Shown: positions 14,006 through 26,975 of the stretch, piece by piece
How positions within the stretch are numbered: position 1 is the stretch's first letter
Layout: the number at the start of each line of letters is the position of its first letter
Source: Eledone cirrhosa
Lineage: Eukaryota
NCBI GenBank assembly: GCA_964016885.1
Contig: OZ024742.1
Location: forward strand, 150,288,001-150,352,000
Direction of reading: 5' to 3'
DNA length: 64,000 nt
Notes under the pieces: model-generated
The model's database searches: none
What the model was told of the DNA's origin: nothing
Seen by the model: the letters and a program-made list of their open reading frames with translations, nothing else
Position numbers and translations under genes: made by a program

Positions 14006-14061
14006 CATACATACATACATACATACATACATACATACATACATACATACATACATACATA

Positions 14062-14250
14062 CAACAAAGAGGGTGTGGTGAGATAACAGGTGGACCATAA
14101 CCGTACTCAATACTTAGGGTAGTAGAGTGGGTAATAGGAAAAGAGTCAGAACCCCGACGGCTGAGCTCCTGGCATTTCGATGGCTAGATCCAGATCTAGG
14201 TATCGAACGGCCGGAGCTCAACTGTCGGCGTCCTGACTCTTTTCCTATAT
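14062..14250. repeat. Short dispersed repeat ending in an imperfect palindrome (family shared with 19780-19960 and 42940-43040)
   Basis: Shared ggaccataac...gtactcaatacttagggtagtagagtggg; palindrome at 14134-14248. Confidence 0.8.
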
Positions 14251-14404
14251 ATATGTGTGGTGATATGTATACAAGCGCAATTATGTATTTACATGTAAGT
14301 GCGCATGTCTGTATGTGTGCGGAGAGTGTCTCTGTGTGTGTGTGTGTGTGTGGAGAGAGAGAGTCTCTGTGTGTGTGGAGAGTCTGTGTGTGTGTGTGTG
14401 TAAG

Positions 14405-14700
14405 ATGGGTGACTTAGTAGTTAGCGTTCAGCTTCCGATCGTAGGTGTGTTGTGTCTTTGAGTAATATATTATATTTCACATTGCTACAATCCAATCAGC
14501 TGGCAAAAATATGTTGTACCTGTATTTCAAAAGGACAACCTTGTAAAACATTATACCACACTGAATCTCCGTAACAAATAAGTTAAAGGACCACGTGTCT
14601 GTGGAATGCGCAGTAACTTACAGGTTAATTTCACGAGGAGGCAGTTACATTGATGAATCAACTGGAAAACTCTTTGACGGAAACGACGCAAGTCCAACAA
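14405..14700 (+). mobile_element. Degenerate tRNA-derived SINE family B
   Basis: A-box-like start; body homologous to the reverse complement of 40880-41050 (acacgtgtctgtggaatgc...taatttcacgag). Confidence 0.6.
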
Positions 14701-15049
14701 GAGCAATATATATATATATATACTCTTTTACCTGTTTCAGCCATCCGGCTGAGACCATGCTGGGGCATGTATATATATATATATATATACACAGTTCAAG
14801 AGTAACCAATCTTAAAGAGAGAGATGGAGATAGTAGAGGAGATATGAGAGGAAAGATTGGTGAGTTAGAAGCCAAAGCGTAAAGGCATGTGCTCAATGTG
14901 CAATATGCAGTAGAAAGCAGCTAGGTGGCTGGGTTCATGCAGAGGTTAGGTGCGCAGAGCTGGAAATATTCATTAGTTAAGCAAAACAAGACCACAAATT
15001 TCAATAATGTCTTCCTTGTGAAATTTGTGGTCTTGTTTTGCTTAACTAA

Positions 15050-15112
<63 letters not shown>

Positions 15113-15382
15113 TTTAGTACACCATTGACGAAGCTTTAGAATACGGCCAAGCTAGCGTATATGCATAATCGGTCTGTAGCTTGAGCACTCAGATGAGGAA
15201 AGACCCCAGAGTAATAACACTACGTTCAGACAGCTTAGCAAATCAGATATTGCGGTCGGCAGTCCAGCCGCATCACTAGAGCAACGAAAATACAGGACCC
15301 AGGAAAAGATTGTATACTGACCCGGACATAGCGGTGAAGCTGAGTGCAAAATATATAACTTACATCATATATATATATATTC

Positions 15383-15450
<68 letters not shown>

Positions 15451-15454
15451 CAAG

Positions 15455-15780
15455 TTTCAGTTTTTCTTCTCTTGCACTGTTCTCGTCTCCATCGTGGGAT
15501 ATCATTAGTGACCTCCTCTCATATCTGGATGTCCAGATCTATTGACTTCATACCTCTCCTACAGACGTCTTTGAAACGAAGATTGTGTCGGGGGCCAGTT
15601 CCCCTTACAGTAGGGCTTTGGGGATCATCCCGTCCGGCATACGATGTATGTGACGGAGCCAGCGTAGACGGCGTTGTTGGAGCCTGGTAAATATGCTGGG
15701 TATCTTGGCGCAGTTGATGACTTCAGTGTTGGTGACCTGGTCGGTCCACTTCATATTCAACATGAGTATCCAATTCAAGC
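15455..15780 (-). mobile_element. RTE LINE 3' fragment, degenerate
   Basis: Minus strand reads QQRRLRWLRHIHRMPDG and RFKDVCRRGMKSIDLD. Confidence 0.8.
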
Positions 15781-15902
15781 TGTTGGTTGCTAAGTGAGGT
15801 CGCTCAGTTCAAACAGATGTTGACATATGTTTACCTTTTGAATATACTAGTTGCTACACACACACACACACACATACATGTGTGTATGTGTATAAATATA
15901 TG

Positions 15903-15968
<66 letters not shown>

Positions 15969-16049
15969 TGTGTCTGTATGTTCGTATTTGTGTGAGAGAC
16001 AGAGACTGGTAGATTATCTTGAAACGTGTCTTTGTTATGCTGCTTGATA

Positions 16050-16368
16050 AGAGATAAAGAAGGAAAGGAAAAAGAAAGAAAGAAAAGAATAAAAGAAAAA
16101 GAAAGAAAAAAGAAAAGAAAAAGAAGAAAATAAAAAAGAAAGAAAAGAGACTAAGTAATGAGGAGGGCTGAGAGAGAGAAGAGGGTGTGGGAGAGAGAGG
16201 AGGGTGTGGGAGAGGAAGGAGGGTGTAGGAGAGAGGGAGTGGGAGAAAGTGAGCGAGATGGAGAGGAGGGAGTGGGAGAGAGAGGGATAGGATGGAGAGG
16301 GCGAAGTGGAAGAAAAAGAAAGAGAGAGGGGGGAGGGAGTGGGGAGAGAGAGAGAGAGAGAGAGAGAG
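16050..16368. repeat. Polypurine (GA/GAA/GGA-rich) low-complexity tract
   Basis: Direct reading. Confidence 0.9.
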
Positions 16369-16944
16369 TGAAATAAAACTGCCAGTGAGTAGCCAATGGG
16401 CTCTTCGCTTAATTCAAATCGAAACCAGTCATTATTTCCATACACAAACATCTGTGTGCCGATCTACAATAGTTCGATGCCATTTAGGAGAGTGGAGCTT
16501 TCTTTTATGCTCCACAGTTATTATTTTACATACAGGAGACACCTGTTTGTGTTGATCTGCCAAATACTAAATGTGTTTACTTGGTAAACGTTAAATGTTA
16601 AAAATAGCAATTTCATATGCTTCTCAGACTAAACAATATCAAACACTAAGTCATAGCACCTACCCCCAAAGAGTCATGAAGTTCTAAAATGTTCTTGAAA
16701 TAGACCCTGATGCTAGAGTGTCCGATTAAATGCCTTGTAGTATGTTTTGAATTCGAATCTAGGGCATTTATTTCTGTGGGTGTGAGTAGTTATGTTTGTA
16801 TAATCTTAAATCAATCTTGAGCAGAATTATGACCCAAAAAATTTCGGCCATAACCGGCCGGCCCGTGTATATAGGTAAGTCAGTTGATTCAGGTGGAGAA
16901 GGTGGCATGAAACTACCATTTTGAATGGCTTATTAGCTTCACGT

Positions 16945-17880
16945 TGTAGTTATTTCTGTGGAGCTAGGTAGCAGAAAATACAACGACAGTCGTGCCGGAA
17001 GCGAGGGGCCAGTGATGTCACATGGGAAGTGTGGTCCGTGTCTCTCTTTTGGTCTGTGTGCCACAGTAGAGTGCGGACCCTTGTTATGACTGGTGCGAAT
17101 GAGTGTGTAAGTTTTACTATTCTCTGGCCAGAAGCGAAACAGGTGAGCATCTTGCAGGGAGATCCAGTCTGGACGCGAATGGAGATGTAAATGTCGGTCA
17201 CTTCGCTTTTTATTTTTTATTATTTATTTTCTCTGACTCACAAAAGATATGGCGACGAAACTAAGGATTAGTAGAGAGCAATCAGAGCCTTCTGTGGCGA
17301 GCAATATGTTATTGCCTGGATTAGGAAGATAAAATTGGTCACTATACTATGTTACAAGGGATCGAAAATGTGGTAGGCCTCAGGGCTCTGTCCCTGGAGG
17401 AGAGAACTTATTACTGGCGTTGTACCTCGAAATGGACCAAGCAGCGCGTGAAGGAAGCATTCACTGAGAGATCGTATGCTACACTCGCTATGTGGCGGAC
17501 AGGAGAGCAAGTGGACGTATTTGCGGCAGATAACCAGAGGTTGGCTACACTAGCTGAATTCACAGGAGAAAACCCAGAAAGGGCCGTAACGATAGCATTC
17601 GTGAATGGTTTTCTCGGCGAAATGTGACGTTAGTACCGACTGAAGCCGATAGAAGTCGACAGCGATCAACGAACAACGAGATAAACCTCATGAATGCTCG
17701 GCCGTGGGCAACCAGAGGCCAGTGCTTCAGGTGTCAAGGTCCGCACATGGCAAGTGACTGCAGGGAGCCGAAGCCTGAAATAATTTGCTACCGGTGTAAG
17801 AGGGCAGAACAGGCCACATTGCCAGCAATTGCGGCCAAGGAAACGGTCGAAGGGGAGTTACTGCGCTGGTAGCTGCACTG
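16945..17880 (+). mobile_element. Gypsy-like LTR retrotransposon relic: putative 5' LTR (16945-17241), PBS-like TGGCGACGA (~17250) and degenerate gag
   Basis: TG...CA bounded segment; zinc knuckles CFRCQGPHMASDC and CYRCKR..GHIASNC (frameshifted) in 17624-17872. Confidence 0.7.
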
Positions 17881-19209
17881 GACGCATATAGAAGCACTCA
17901 TTGTGACCATAGGTAAGGGTTGGCACGAATACCGAATTGAAGATACCAAGTTTGGCTTATACACCTTCCTCCCTTCTGATAACCCAAGGTGCACAGTGTA
18001 GTTCTCGGTAATGCAGTGACTACACACAAAATAAAATGAAATGAAAGCAAGAAACGAACACAAAGGGAAAGAGTAAAAAGAAGAAAGCAAAATAAGGCTT
18101 AGTGAGAAACAGACACAGAAAGAAATTGTAAACGAAATAGCAAGCGAAAGAGAATTAGCAGAGTCGTTAGAACGTCGGATAGAAGGCTTTGCGGTATTCG
18201 TTCCAACTCTTTGTGCTCTTAGTCCAAATCGAACCGAGGTCAACTTTGCCTTTCGAGGTCAATAAATAAAGTACCAGTTTAGTAATGGGATCGACTCTAC
18301 TACCTCTCTCTCTCTGGAAGAAATCGGTTGTGCCAAAACACGCTGTATGTCACGAAGAGCCCCATCTACAACTCCAACAGGCGTTAAGGGCAATATATGG
18401 GCTAAAGTAGGTATACTGTCGCCGAACAAATCCCAACACAGGATTGAAACTTCACCTGCTGATTTTTGTTTTACTGGCTACGAAGATATTGTATATAAAG
18501 TCGAGTTGTTTACATTTAAAAATCTACAGATATATTATGTGGTATTGTATAGCACTAGAAACAAAAAGATAAACATTGAAAATTAAGTTAGACAGAAAGA
18601 AAGGAAAAAAAGAAAATAAGGAAGAAAAAATGCGAGGCCCATTAGCTTCGATCAACAGAATATTTTTCTTAGCTTAGTTAATGCTTTTTTTTTTCTTTTT
18701 ACCATTTCATATTTTAACTTACTTTGTTTTTCCTATGTATTCAATTCCCCACGTCTTGCATTTTTTCCAATTCATCAAAATTTACTGAGGAAATCTATTA
18801 GCAATTAGCGACAGCACTAATACAGCAGGATTCAGAATTAAAACTCATTTGGACTCATTGACCAGATGTTTATGTATAATAAACATACATTTCGTATCAC
18901 TATGAATATTTTAAGCTGTGATCATCTCTCAGCTACATCGGTATCGTGCTAAGAGAAGTGTACATATGTATTTCCGAATCGTTGTACCTTGTCAGCTCTC
19001 GCTTACTCACGTCAAGAAACCAAGGTATGAAGGATATTATTTGAGTTGTAGATGTACTTAACACAAGTACTTGGCCTTTGGATCAGTTTAGCAGAAGTCA
19101 CTATATTTTCAAAGGTCACTGGTTTGATGATACCGCTCGCTCTCCATTAATACACATTTTGAAGGCCCTGAAAAGGTCATGGGGACTGCCATTTCCTTCT
19201 AGACTAAAT

Positions 19210-19266
<57 letters not shown>

Positions 19267-19406
19267 GGTTATGCACGAGTGCATTAAGGTTTTCCAGGAC
19301 ACAGTGTTTTGTACCGTGTAGGGGAAGGTCAGCTTACAACAGAGTGTTGCTCAACGAAATGCAGAAAATAGGTGTATATTCCAGTTTAGCTATACTCCGG
19401 GGCGTG

Positions 19407-19517
19407 TATAAAGAATCAAAAAGAACAGAAAGATGCAGTAAAAGAGATTTATTCGGTTCTAACGTACGTTAGAACCGAATAAATCTCTTTTACTGCATCT
19501 TTCTGTTCTTTTTGATT

Positions 19518-19524
<7 letters not shown>
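19407..19524. repeat. Perfect 118-bp palindrome with no spacer, abutting (TA)n
   Basis: The 59-bp arms match exactly; centre is aacgt|acgtt. Confidence 0.97.
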
Positions 19525-19582
<58 letters not shown>

Positions 19583-19779
19583 TATGAACCTAATATAACT
19601 ATGCAAAATTGCCTTCTGTGTTAAGTTTGTGTATGTGTATATATATATAGTTAATAAGTAAAACAAAGTGGAGCTGTTACTTTGTTCTTATTGTATACAC
19701 ACTGCTCTGTATCGAGTGCTGACTTTCCTTCTCTCACCAGTTTTCTTCGGATTTACTGAACTTTACTGTGTATATATAT

Positions 19780-19960
19780 AACAAAGGAATTGTGGTAAGG
19801 AACCAAATGGACCATAACGCACCAGAGTACTCAATACTTAGGGTAGTAGAGTGGGAAATAAGAAAAAGTATGACCCCGACGGCAGAGCTCAAGCCGTTTC
19901 GACGGCTATAGCCGTCAAAACGGCTTGAGCTCTGCCGTCGGAGTCGTACTTTTTCCTATA
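19780..19960. repeat. Dispersed repeat ending in a 102-bp near-perfect palindrome (19858-19959)
   Basis: Centre gacggcta|tagccgtc; homologous to 14062-14250. Confidence 0.9.
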
Positions 19961-20106
19961 TATATGTATATTAGAAAGTGGTTTTTTTTTTTACAAAATG
20001 AAAAATAACCGATGTCCTACACGAGTGAAAGTATAAAGAAAAAAAGATGAAATCGAAAATGCAACTGGAGTCTTATTTAAAAAAAAAAAAAAAAATTTAT
20101 TTGGTT

Positions 20107-20144
20107 CCTTTACCGGTTTCGCAGTTCTTCTGCTTTTCAAAAGT
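20107..20144 (-). ncRNA. Degenerate hammerhead motif
   Basis: actt-TTGAAAA-gcag aagaa ctgc-GAAA-ccgg-TA-aagg; two core mismatches, palindromic stem III ACCGGT. Confidence 0.45.
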
Positions 20145-20175
20145 AGAGTTGAGATGGAGGGTCTGTGGTTTTTCT

Positions 20176-20238
<63 letters not shown>

Positions 20239-20546
20239 GTCCTCAGACATTAAGAAAACAGTAACACCGAAAAAAGTAAAAGGGTAAAACATATTTGCTT
20301 ACCATCACGTGATTCTTTTCAGCGATTGGAGAGGTAAACCGATAATCTGTCTATGTCCCAAACGTAGTATCCATTTTCTTCTGTTTGCTTTACCTGTGTT
20401 GCTATTGTATCTTCTGTCCATGAACTTATCTTCATGCGACTCTTAATCCTTGTATTGTTTCTTTCACTGTTCAGTATTGTTTGACTTGCTTCTGTTTTCA
20501 TTTTCAGTCGTTTCATTATTCACGTGTCTGTGTGCACACACTTGTA

Positions 20547-20685
<139 letters not shown>

Positions 20686-21187
20686 TTATGTATGTATGCA
20701 TGTATATGTGTATTTATGTAAATGAGTATGCATGTGTGTCTGTGTGATTAAATATGTCGATGTATAGAGAAAGATAATGCAGCGGGAAAGAAAATGGTAT
20801 AATTTAAATAAACAACGAAAATAATATTTAATGTCTTTTTACAATACATACACTTGTTTGATGGAGCTATACGGTCTATAGGAACACAGAGAAAAACTAA
20901 ATTGATTACCTACGTCAGAGGTGGGGAGAAATTCCACCCCTATTTAAACTGCGATACCATCTGCTGACGAAATCACTCAAAACCCATATTAAAAACAAAT
21001 GATTTAAGTCTTATTACCAAAATCTGAAATGGTCTACATTTCATCTTTGACTTAGGCTAATATCAACTTTGTGGGACTACATTTTATATCTGGCCCGGGT
21101 CTATTACCAGATGCGCTAGTAGGATATTTGACATGCAACCTTCTACTTTTATAAGAACTGGTATGAAAATAGCAATTAAAATTCATA

Positions 21188-21270
21188 ATTGTTTCTACTT
21201 TAGGCACAATGCCAGCAATTACCCAGTGCATTACTGGTACTTTATTTTATCGACCCCGTAAGGATGAAAT
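21188..21270 (-). mobile_element. SINE family A 3' fragment with TSD aattaaaattcataat
   Basis: Homology to 5985-6170 and duplicated flanks. Confidence 0.85.
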
Positions 21271-21613
21271 TAAAATTCATAATGCTAAGTAGATTGGATA
21301 CAGTATAGAGAAATATTCTCATATCATCCTCCTACTTGTATTGTTTACATTTCAGCGATATTCAAAGCAGGATTGGTATAAGATCGTTGCTGTTAGTTGG
21401 ATTTCATATCGTCCATAATCTACACTCATCAAATCTGGCTTAAAACAGAAAACCAGTAAGCATTAGAATTATTAGGAACATTGTGGAGAGAAAGTAAAAT
21501 TTGGCCGAACTGCTTTCTGTTCCAAGCTTGAAATGTTTCGCTCACATTTCTTATAAGGCATGAAAGTCCCAATTTCCCGTATAACCATCGTTCAAAATGT
21601 CACGATACATAAC

Positions 21614-21619
21614 TTTATT
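21614..21619 (-). terminator. Candidate polyadenylation signal (AATAAA) of the Ly6-like gene
   Basis: About 180 nt downstream of the stop codon on the minus strand. Confidence 0.4.
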
Positions 21620-21801
21620 AAAGTATCACTACAAACATATACAAATGTATGCGAGTACATGAAACATCACATCAACGAATTTCCTATGTAGTTTATATGC
21701 GTATGGATAGATGTATGTAAAATACGTTAATGAATTGATCTGTATGATTATATATATAATGTATGTATGTATATATATATAATTTATGTATGTATGTATA
21801 A

Positions 21802-22019
21802 TTAGTCAAGTCTGCATATCTGAATTACTGTCAAAAGGATGAGCTGTAGGACACTAAACAATGCCACAGACTTGCTACCAAGAAAGTTGGCCGAGTTGCA
21901 TAAGGAACTATAACAATAGCACACTTTGGTCAGACTTCTGGATCCTGTAGATAGATAACATCCTTCGGGTTTTATATAGGTACTTCTTACAGCACACGAG
22001 AATGAATTGTAGATAACAA
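21802..22019 (-). CDS. Last coding exon of a Ly6/three-finger (quiver/sleepless-like) GPI-anchored protein
   Basis: Long poly-T tract plus ttcAG acceptor, phase 1. Translation VIYNSFSCAVRSTYIKPEGCYLSTGSRSLTKVCYCYSSLCNSANFLGSKSVALFSVLQLILLTVIQICRLD* has the CxC...CN motif followed by a hydrophobic GPI-type tail. Confidence 0.85.
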
Positions 22020-22025
22020 CTGAAA

Positions 22026-22056
<31 letters not shown>

Positions 22057-22158
22057 GAGATTAATCGAAATACGTATATCACAGAAAATGATAATACAAT
22101 TTAGACAATTTATTGCGTATTTCAAATGCATTGATATATTCTGAATTATAGAATCTCT

Positions 22159-22214
<56 letters not shown>

Positions 22215-22992
22215 ACATGCATTGGGCCTGTAACGATATCATTCTCATCTGGCAGCCTCAGCCGAAATCGACACAACAATTTATCTCCACGCGGGTTCAT
22301 TGCCGTTGCCAAGTCCTGGATTTCGGTACCAGAATCTCTGGGGATGACATCAGGATAGGAGAGCTTGCCCCCCCCCCCCCCCATTATTAGTGACTGCTTG
22401 TGGTTTCCAGAGTACTAGTGGGGGGGGGGGGGACACAGCCTCAGAGGTGGTACGATATACGGTATGTCTTGAGCATTTAAACATGGCGGAGCCCATAGCT
22501 CTCCAGCTCTAAACAGACGATTTCTTCCAGAAAAAGAGAGGCAGAAGGAAATGGGGTATCGACTTTAGTAGTAGACTGGTACATTATTTATCGATCTCCA
22601 AAGGATGAAGATCAGAGCTGACCTCGGCGTGATTTGAGCTTAGAACGCTGAGAACCGGAACGAGCACTATCTGACGGTCTATCGACTGTGTTACTATGGT
22701 GTATATGCATACATATACGCGTGCGTGCGTGTGTACGTGTGTGTGTGCGCGGGGCAAAGTTTCACATAGTAAAATGGAAAAAAACAACAACAACAAAACA
22801 GATACGGAGGACAAATGAACAAATGCATTTATTTCCATTCCTGGAAACGCGGTTTCGTCCATAAGGGTATACGGATGGTTTCGTATTTTTAGTTCTAGGA
22901 TGTATAACGACTTGAAAGAACAGTTGCTGGAAAGATGAGTATGGGATAAAACAATAATATAGAAGGATAAACACGATAATAATAATAATAAT

Positions 22993-23708
22993 AATTGTTT
23001 CTACTTTAGGCACAAGGCCAGCAATTATCCAGTACATTACTGGTACTTTATTTAATCGACCCCGTAAGGATGAAAGGCAAAGTTAACCTCGGCGGGATAA
23101 TAATAATAATGATTTCTACTATAGGTACAAGGCAGCAATTTGAAGGAGAGGCGAGGGTAAAGTCGATTACATCAACGCTAATGCTTTATTTTATCAACCC
23201 CGTAAGGATGAAAGGAAATGCTAAACGGGATTTGAACTCAGATCGTAAAGAGACGTAACTATGTCATAAAGCATGTTGTCCGACGCTCTACTGATTATGC
23301 CAATCCACCGCCCTCATATAATAATAATAATTGTTTCTACTTTTGGCACAAGGCCATCAATTACCCAGTACATTACTGGTACTTTATTTTATCGACCCCC
23401 GTAAGGATGAAAGGCAAAGTTAACCTCGGCGGTGATTTGAACTCAGAACGTAAAGTGCTGTAACTATGCCGCAAACCATGGCATCCGGCCCTCCATCGAT
23501 TCTGCCAATCCACCGCCCTAATAATAATAATTATTATTATTTCTACTTTTGGCACAAAGTGTATTACTGGTACTTTATTTTATCGACCCCGTAAGGATGA
23601 AAGGCAAAGTTAACCTCAGCGGGATTTGAACTCAGAACGTAAGGGGCCGTAACTATGCCACAATGCATGGTGTCCGATGCTCTACCGATACTGCCAACCC
23701 ACCGCCCT
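22993..23708 (-). mobile_element. Cluster of 4 co-oriented SINE family A copies (~22993-23097, 23112-23312, 23330-23519, 23538-23708) separated by (TAA)n
   Basis: Each contains gaccccgtaaggatgaaaggcaaagttaacctc or a variant. Confidence 0.88.
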
Positions 23709-24388
23709 AAATTAAAATAATAATGATGATGATGATGATAAAGAAAATGGTGATAATACTATGCATTTGCATACATGGCCTCAGTAAATTTGGAGCTGTT
23801 GTCTGTCGCCATAGTAGAGGAATTTGGTGGAAATAGCTTTGAGCGGAAATAATGACAGTTGGTCACCGGAAGACCGCCCAGACAAAAGGCAAAAAGGAAT
23901 TATTTTCATTGAAAATAAGGAGCATCATGCTGATTTTGTCTGTATCCAATGATAATCAATGATTAACATATTGAGTTTAGACAAACGCCAGCTTCAAAGT
24001 AAAGCATATATTGTTAAATATCTTTTACTTAGAGAATTACCGCTTTGATAGAGGAAATAATCTTAATTCATAACACGTAATGACAAAGAAATCACTGTGT
24101 TGATGAAATTCCGTAAATGTAATCTGGCAACATAAATTAATTATATGAGAATATACATAATTTAAATATACATCGTACCTTAGTTTTGTCTATGCTTTCA
24201 CTCGAGATGCTTATATTTATTATATAATTTATAAGCAGGATGTTGGATTTATAATGTTTCCGTGGTAGCATAGGATTCTATGAATGTGACGCCATAACAG
24301 ATTTAAATAATTTATAATAGAACATAATAATTCAAATATACATTCAATATTTATGCGTGTGCATATTTGCATGTATACAAGCATGCGT

Positions 24389-24466
<78 letters not shown>

Positions 24467-24503
24467 CACGCACATACATACAAACATGCATACATACATA
24501 CAT

Positions 24504-25960
24504 AATTTTCTGTAGATATCAGAAGGAAATTTTGTGAGTCCAAATGTGCATATTTGGCAGTGAAACGTGGAAGTGTTGTGCCCTCATCTGGAAATCTAGA
24601 GATGAAGGGCTTGACAATACAACCTCTACAGTCAGGTGACAACTACAGATATCTTGGACAGGATGAGAATGTTAGATATGATGGACTCATGAATTAAGAG
24701 AGAACCAGAACTGAATACTTCAGGAAAGTAAAGAAAATATGGTCATCAGAACTGTCAGCGTACAGCAAATACATTGCCCACAATACTCATGCTGTGCCAA
24801 TCCTAACGCCAACATTTGGTCTGCTGAACTGGTCATTGCAAGAACTAAGTGAGATGGATGTTAGAACTCGTAAACTTCTCAGTGTTACTGGAAACTTTAA
24901 CATCAATGGCGATGTGGATAGGCTATACTTCTCACGCAAGGAAGGTGGTCTAAAATCCATCGTACGAGACCCGAATAGTAACACTGAAGCAACATCTTCA
25001 GCAGAAGAAAAAGGTCAGCAACCATCTTGCCCATGTCTATGAACATGAACGAAATAATATTATTAGGATATCCACTGATCTGGAGGAGAGATATGGAATA
25101 AAGCCTGATATAGATCTCCCTCTCAGGGAAATTGGAAGATCCTATTCAATGTTCGAACAGGATAAAAAAAATAGACCAATTTACAGAGAAAGTTGTGCAT
25201 GGGTATCTGAGACGAAAAAACACAGACCATAGAGGGGATAAATCATCCAAAAAGCCTGGCATGGAGTTCCGACAAATTTATGACATCCCACCTTGAAGGA
25301 TATCTATGCAATACAGGAACAAGCAATCCCTACCAAATATCTGCTACACAAAAGAGGAGGGCCATCAGTCGACAATAAATGTAGGCTTTGTAAAACAAAG
25401 ATCGAAGATGTTAGCCAACTGCGAAAGAATGTCGTCTCGCTACTACCTCCCCATGAGACACGATGTGATAGCTAGAACCATCTGGAGCGCACTTATGAAA
25501 ACAAGATTAAAAACAAATGATGAGGAATATGTTGAGATAGATGCCACTAAAGAATACTGGTGGAACCTGGAAATAAAAACTGCCACCAAATTAAAACACA
25601 ACCGGCCTGATATTGTTGTTTGGGACAACACATTGAAAACGTGCTCTGTTGTAGAGCTCAGCTACCCACTTGATGTAAACATTGTAAGAAAAATACAAGA
25701 GAAGGAGGACATCTACGGATCATTGATGAGGAGTTTGTAGATCCAGTATCCAAGATACACCTTCACCATCATTATTGAAGCTACGGGTTATATACAATCC
25801 CGCTTGGTCCAAAGTATAACTGAATTTGGATTTGTGGACATAGAACGCAGCTCCCTAATTCATAGATAACAAATGGCTGCGATAGCTGGCACCTTCAAAA
25901 TTTGCAAAACATTCTTGCGATTCAAGGGATGGCAATTTCTTTTCTTTTACCTTTCCATCA
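24504..25960 (+). mobile_element. R4/Dong second-family copy, 5'-truncated and degenerate
   Basis: High similarity to ~12020-13470; begins right after (CATA)n. Confidence 0.9.
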
Positions 25961-25989
25961 GGAGAGTGAAACATAGAATAGAATAGAAT

Positions 25990-26430
25990 AGAATTTTAGA
26001 GATCGTACACCCAAAACTCTTCAATACAAGTTGATCATCGTCAAACATGAATTGAGAGCTGTCAGCAAGAAATTTCTGTACCAGACGTGTGTGGCCGAAA
26101 GAAAAATAATTAATAAAAGATTGAGCCGAAACCAAACATCAGACTCCTCTGAAGAAAAATATGAGGCGAAGAAAAGAAATTCAGCCAAAATGCAGTGTGA
26201 CTGAAAGAGATCCAAATGCATAACAAAAACATTCAGAATAAATGATGATACAAGTGTGATAGGAAAGCTACGAGATAAGAAAGCATCAGGAAGAGACTTG
26301 ATTGTCGGCTACTGGCACAACCAACTGACTTTCTATCTGATGTATCTTATCACCCTCTAGCAGCAAGCTCTCAAGGGAGCTACACATATACCATGGTGGT
26401 TGACATTAGCAGAAACAATATTGGTCCCCA
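25990..26430 (+). mobile_element. Degenerate internal fragment of the first R4/Dong family
   Basis: Similar to ~8360-8870 (gaattgagagctg..., ggaagagacttgattgtcggctactgg). Confidence 0.8.
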
Positions 26431-26769
26431 ATACGTACGTATGTATATATGTATGTATGTGGGGGTGTACGTACGTACGAACATGCATACATACATACAT
26501 GGTGGCTGCAAACTCTACTAAGAGTATTGCAATCGCTTGTCAGATTACGGAAAATGGTGCACCTTTAGACTACGACCAGCCACACGAACCTATAACAGAT
26601 CCTGAACAAGCAATGCCTGTGCTTTGAAGGTTTTTTAAGTGGGGAAATGCCTTGCACTCGACCAATCCCACTCTCTGAGCATCGAAAACACTATACGAAA
26701 AGGAGCACTTTTTTTTTCAGAATTTCCCTCTCTTAGAAAGGTGTTGTAACAACAATTGGGAGCCTTTCA

Positions 26770-26975
26770 CTCCCAGGTGTGTGTGGGTGGGGGGTTGCTT
26801 TCGAGAGCTACTGGTAACATGTAACTCAGTACAACCTGTCTCATGGTCGGGTCGTCGGCGACTAAACCGGCAACCCCATAGTGAGGAGGGTGATATTTGG
26901 ACACCACGCGGTATGAAATACAAGACCCGGCAAAGGGCAGAGGAACTCAACAGAGTCAACGACCATCAAAATAGT
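26770..26975 (+). mobile_element. 5' fragment of the RTE-derived element family (see 47187-47800)
   Basis: Shared gctactggtaacatgta..cagtacaacctgt..catggtcgggtcg..ggcgactaaac.ggcaacccca. Confidence 0.7.

Noticed and set aside
20850-20980. CTGACG(A) words resembling hammerhead cores
   Set aside because: No matching GAAA/stem arrangement could be built.
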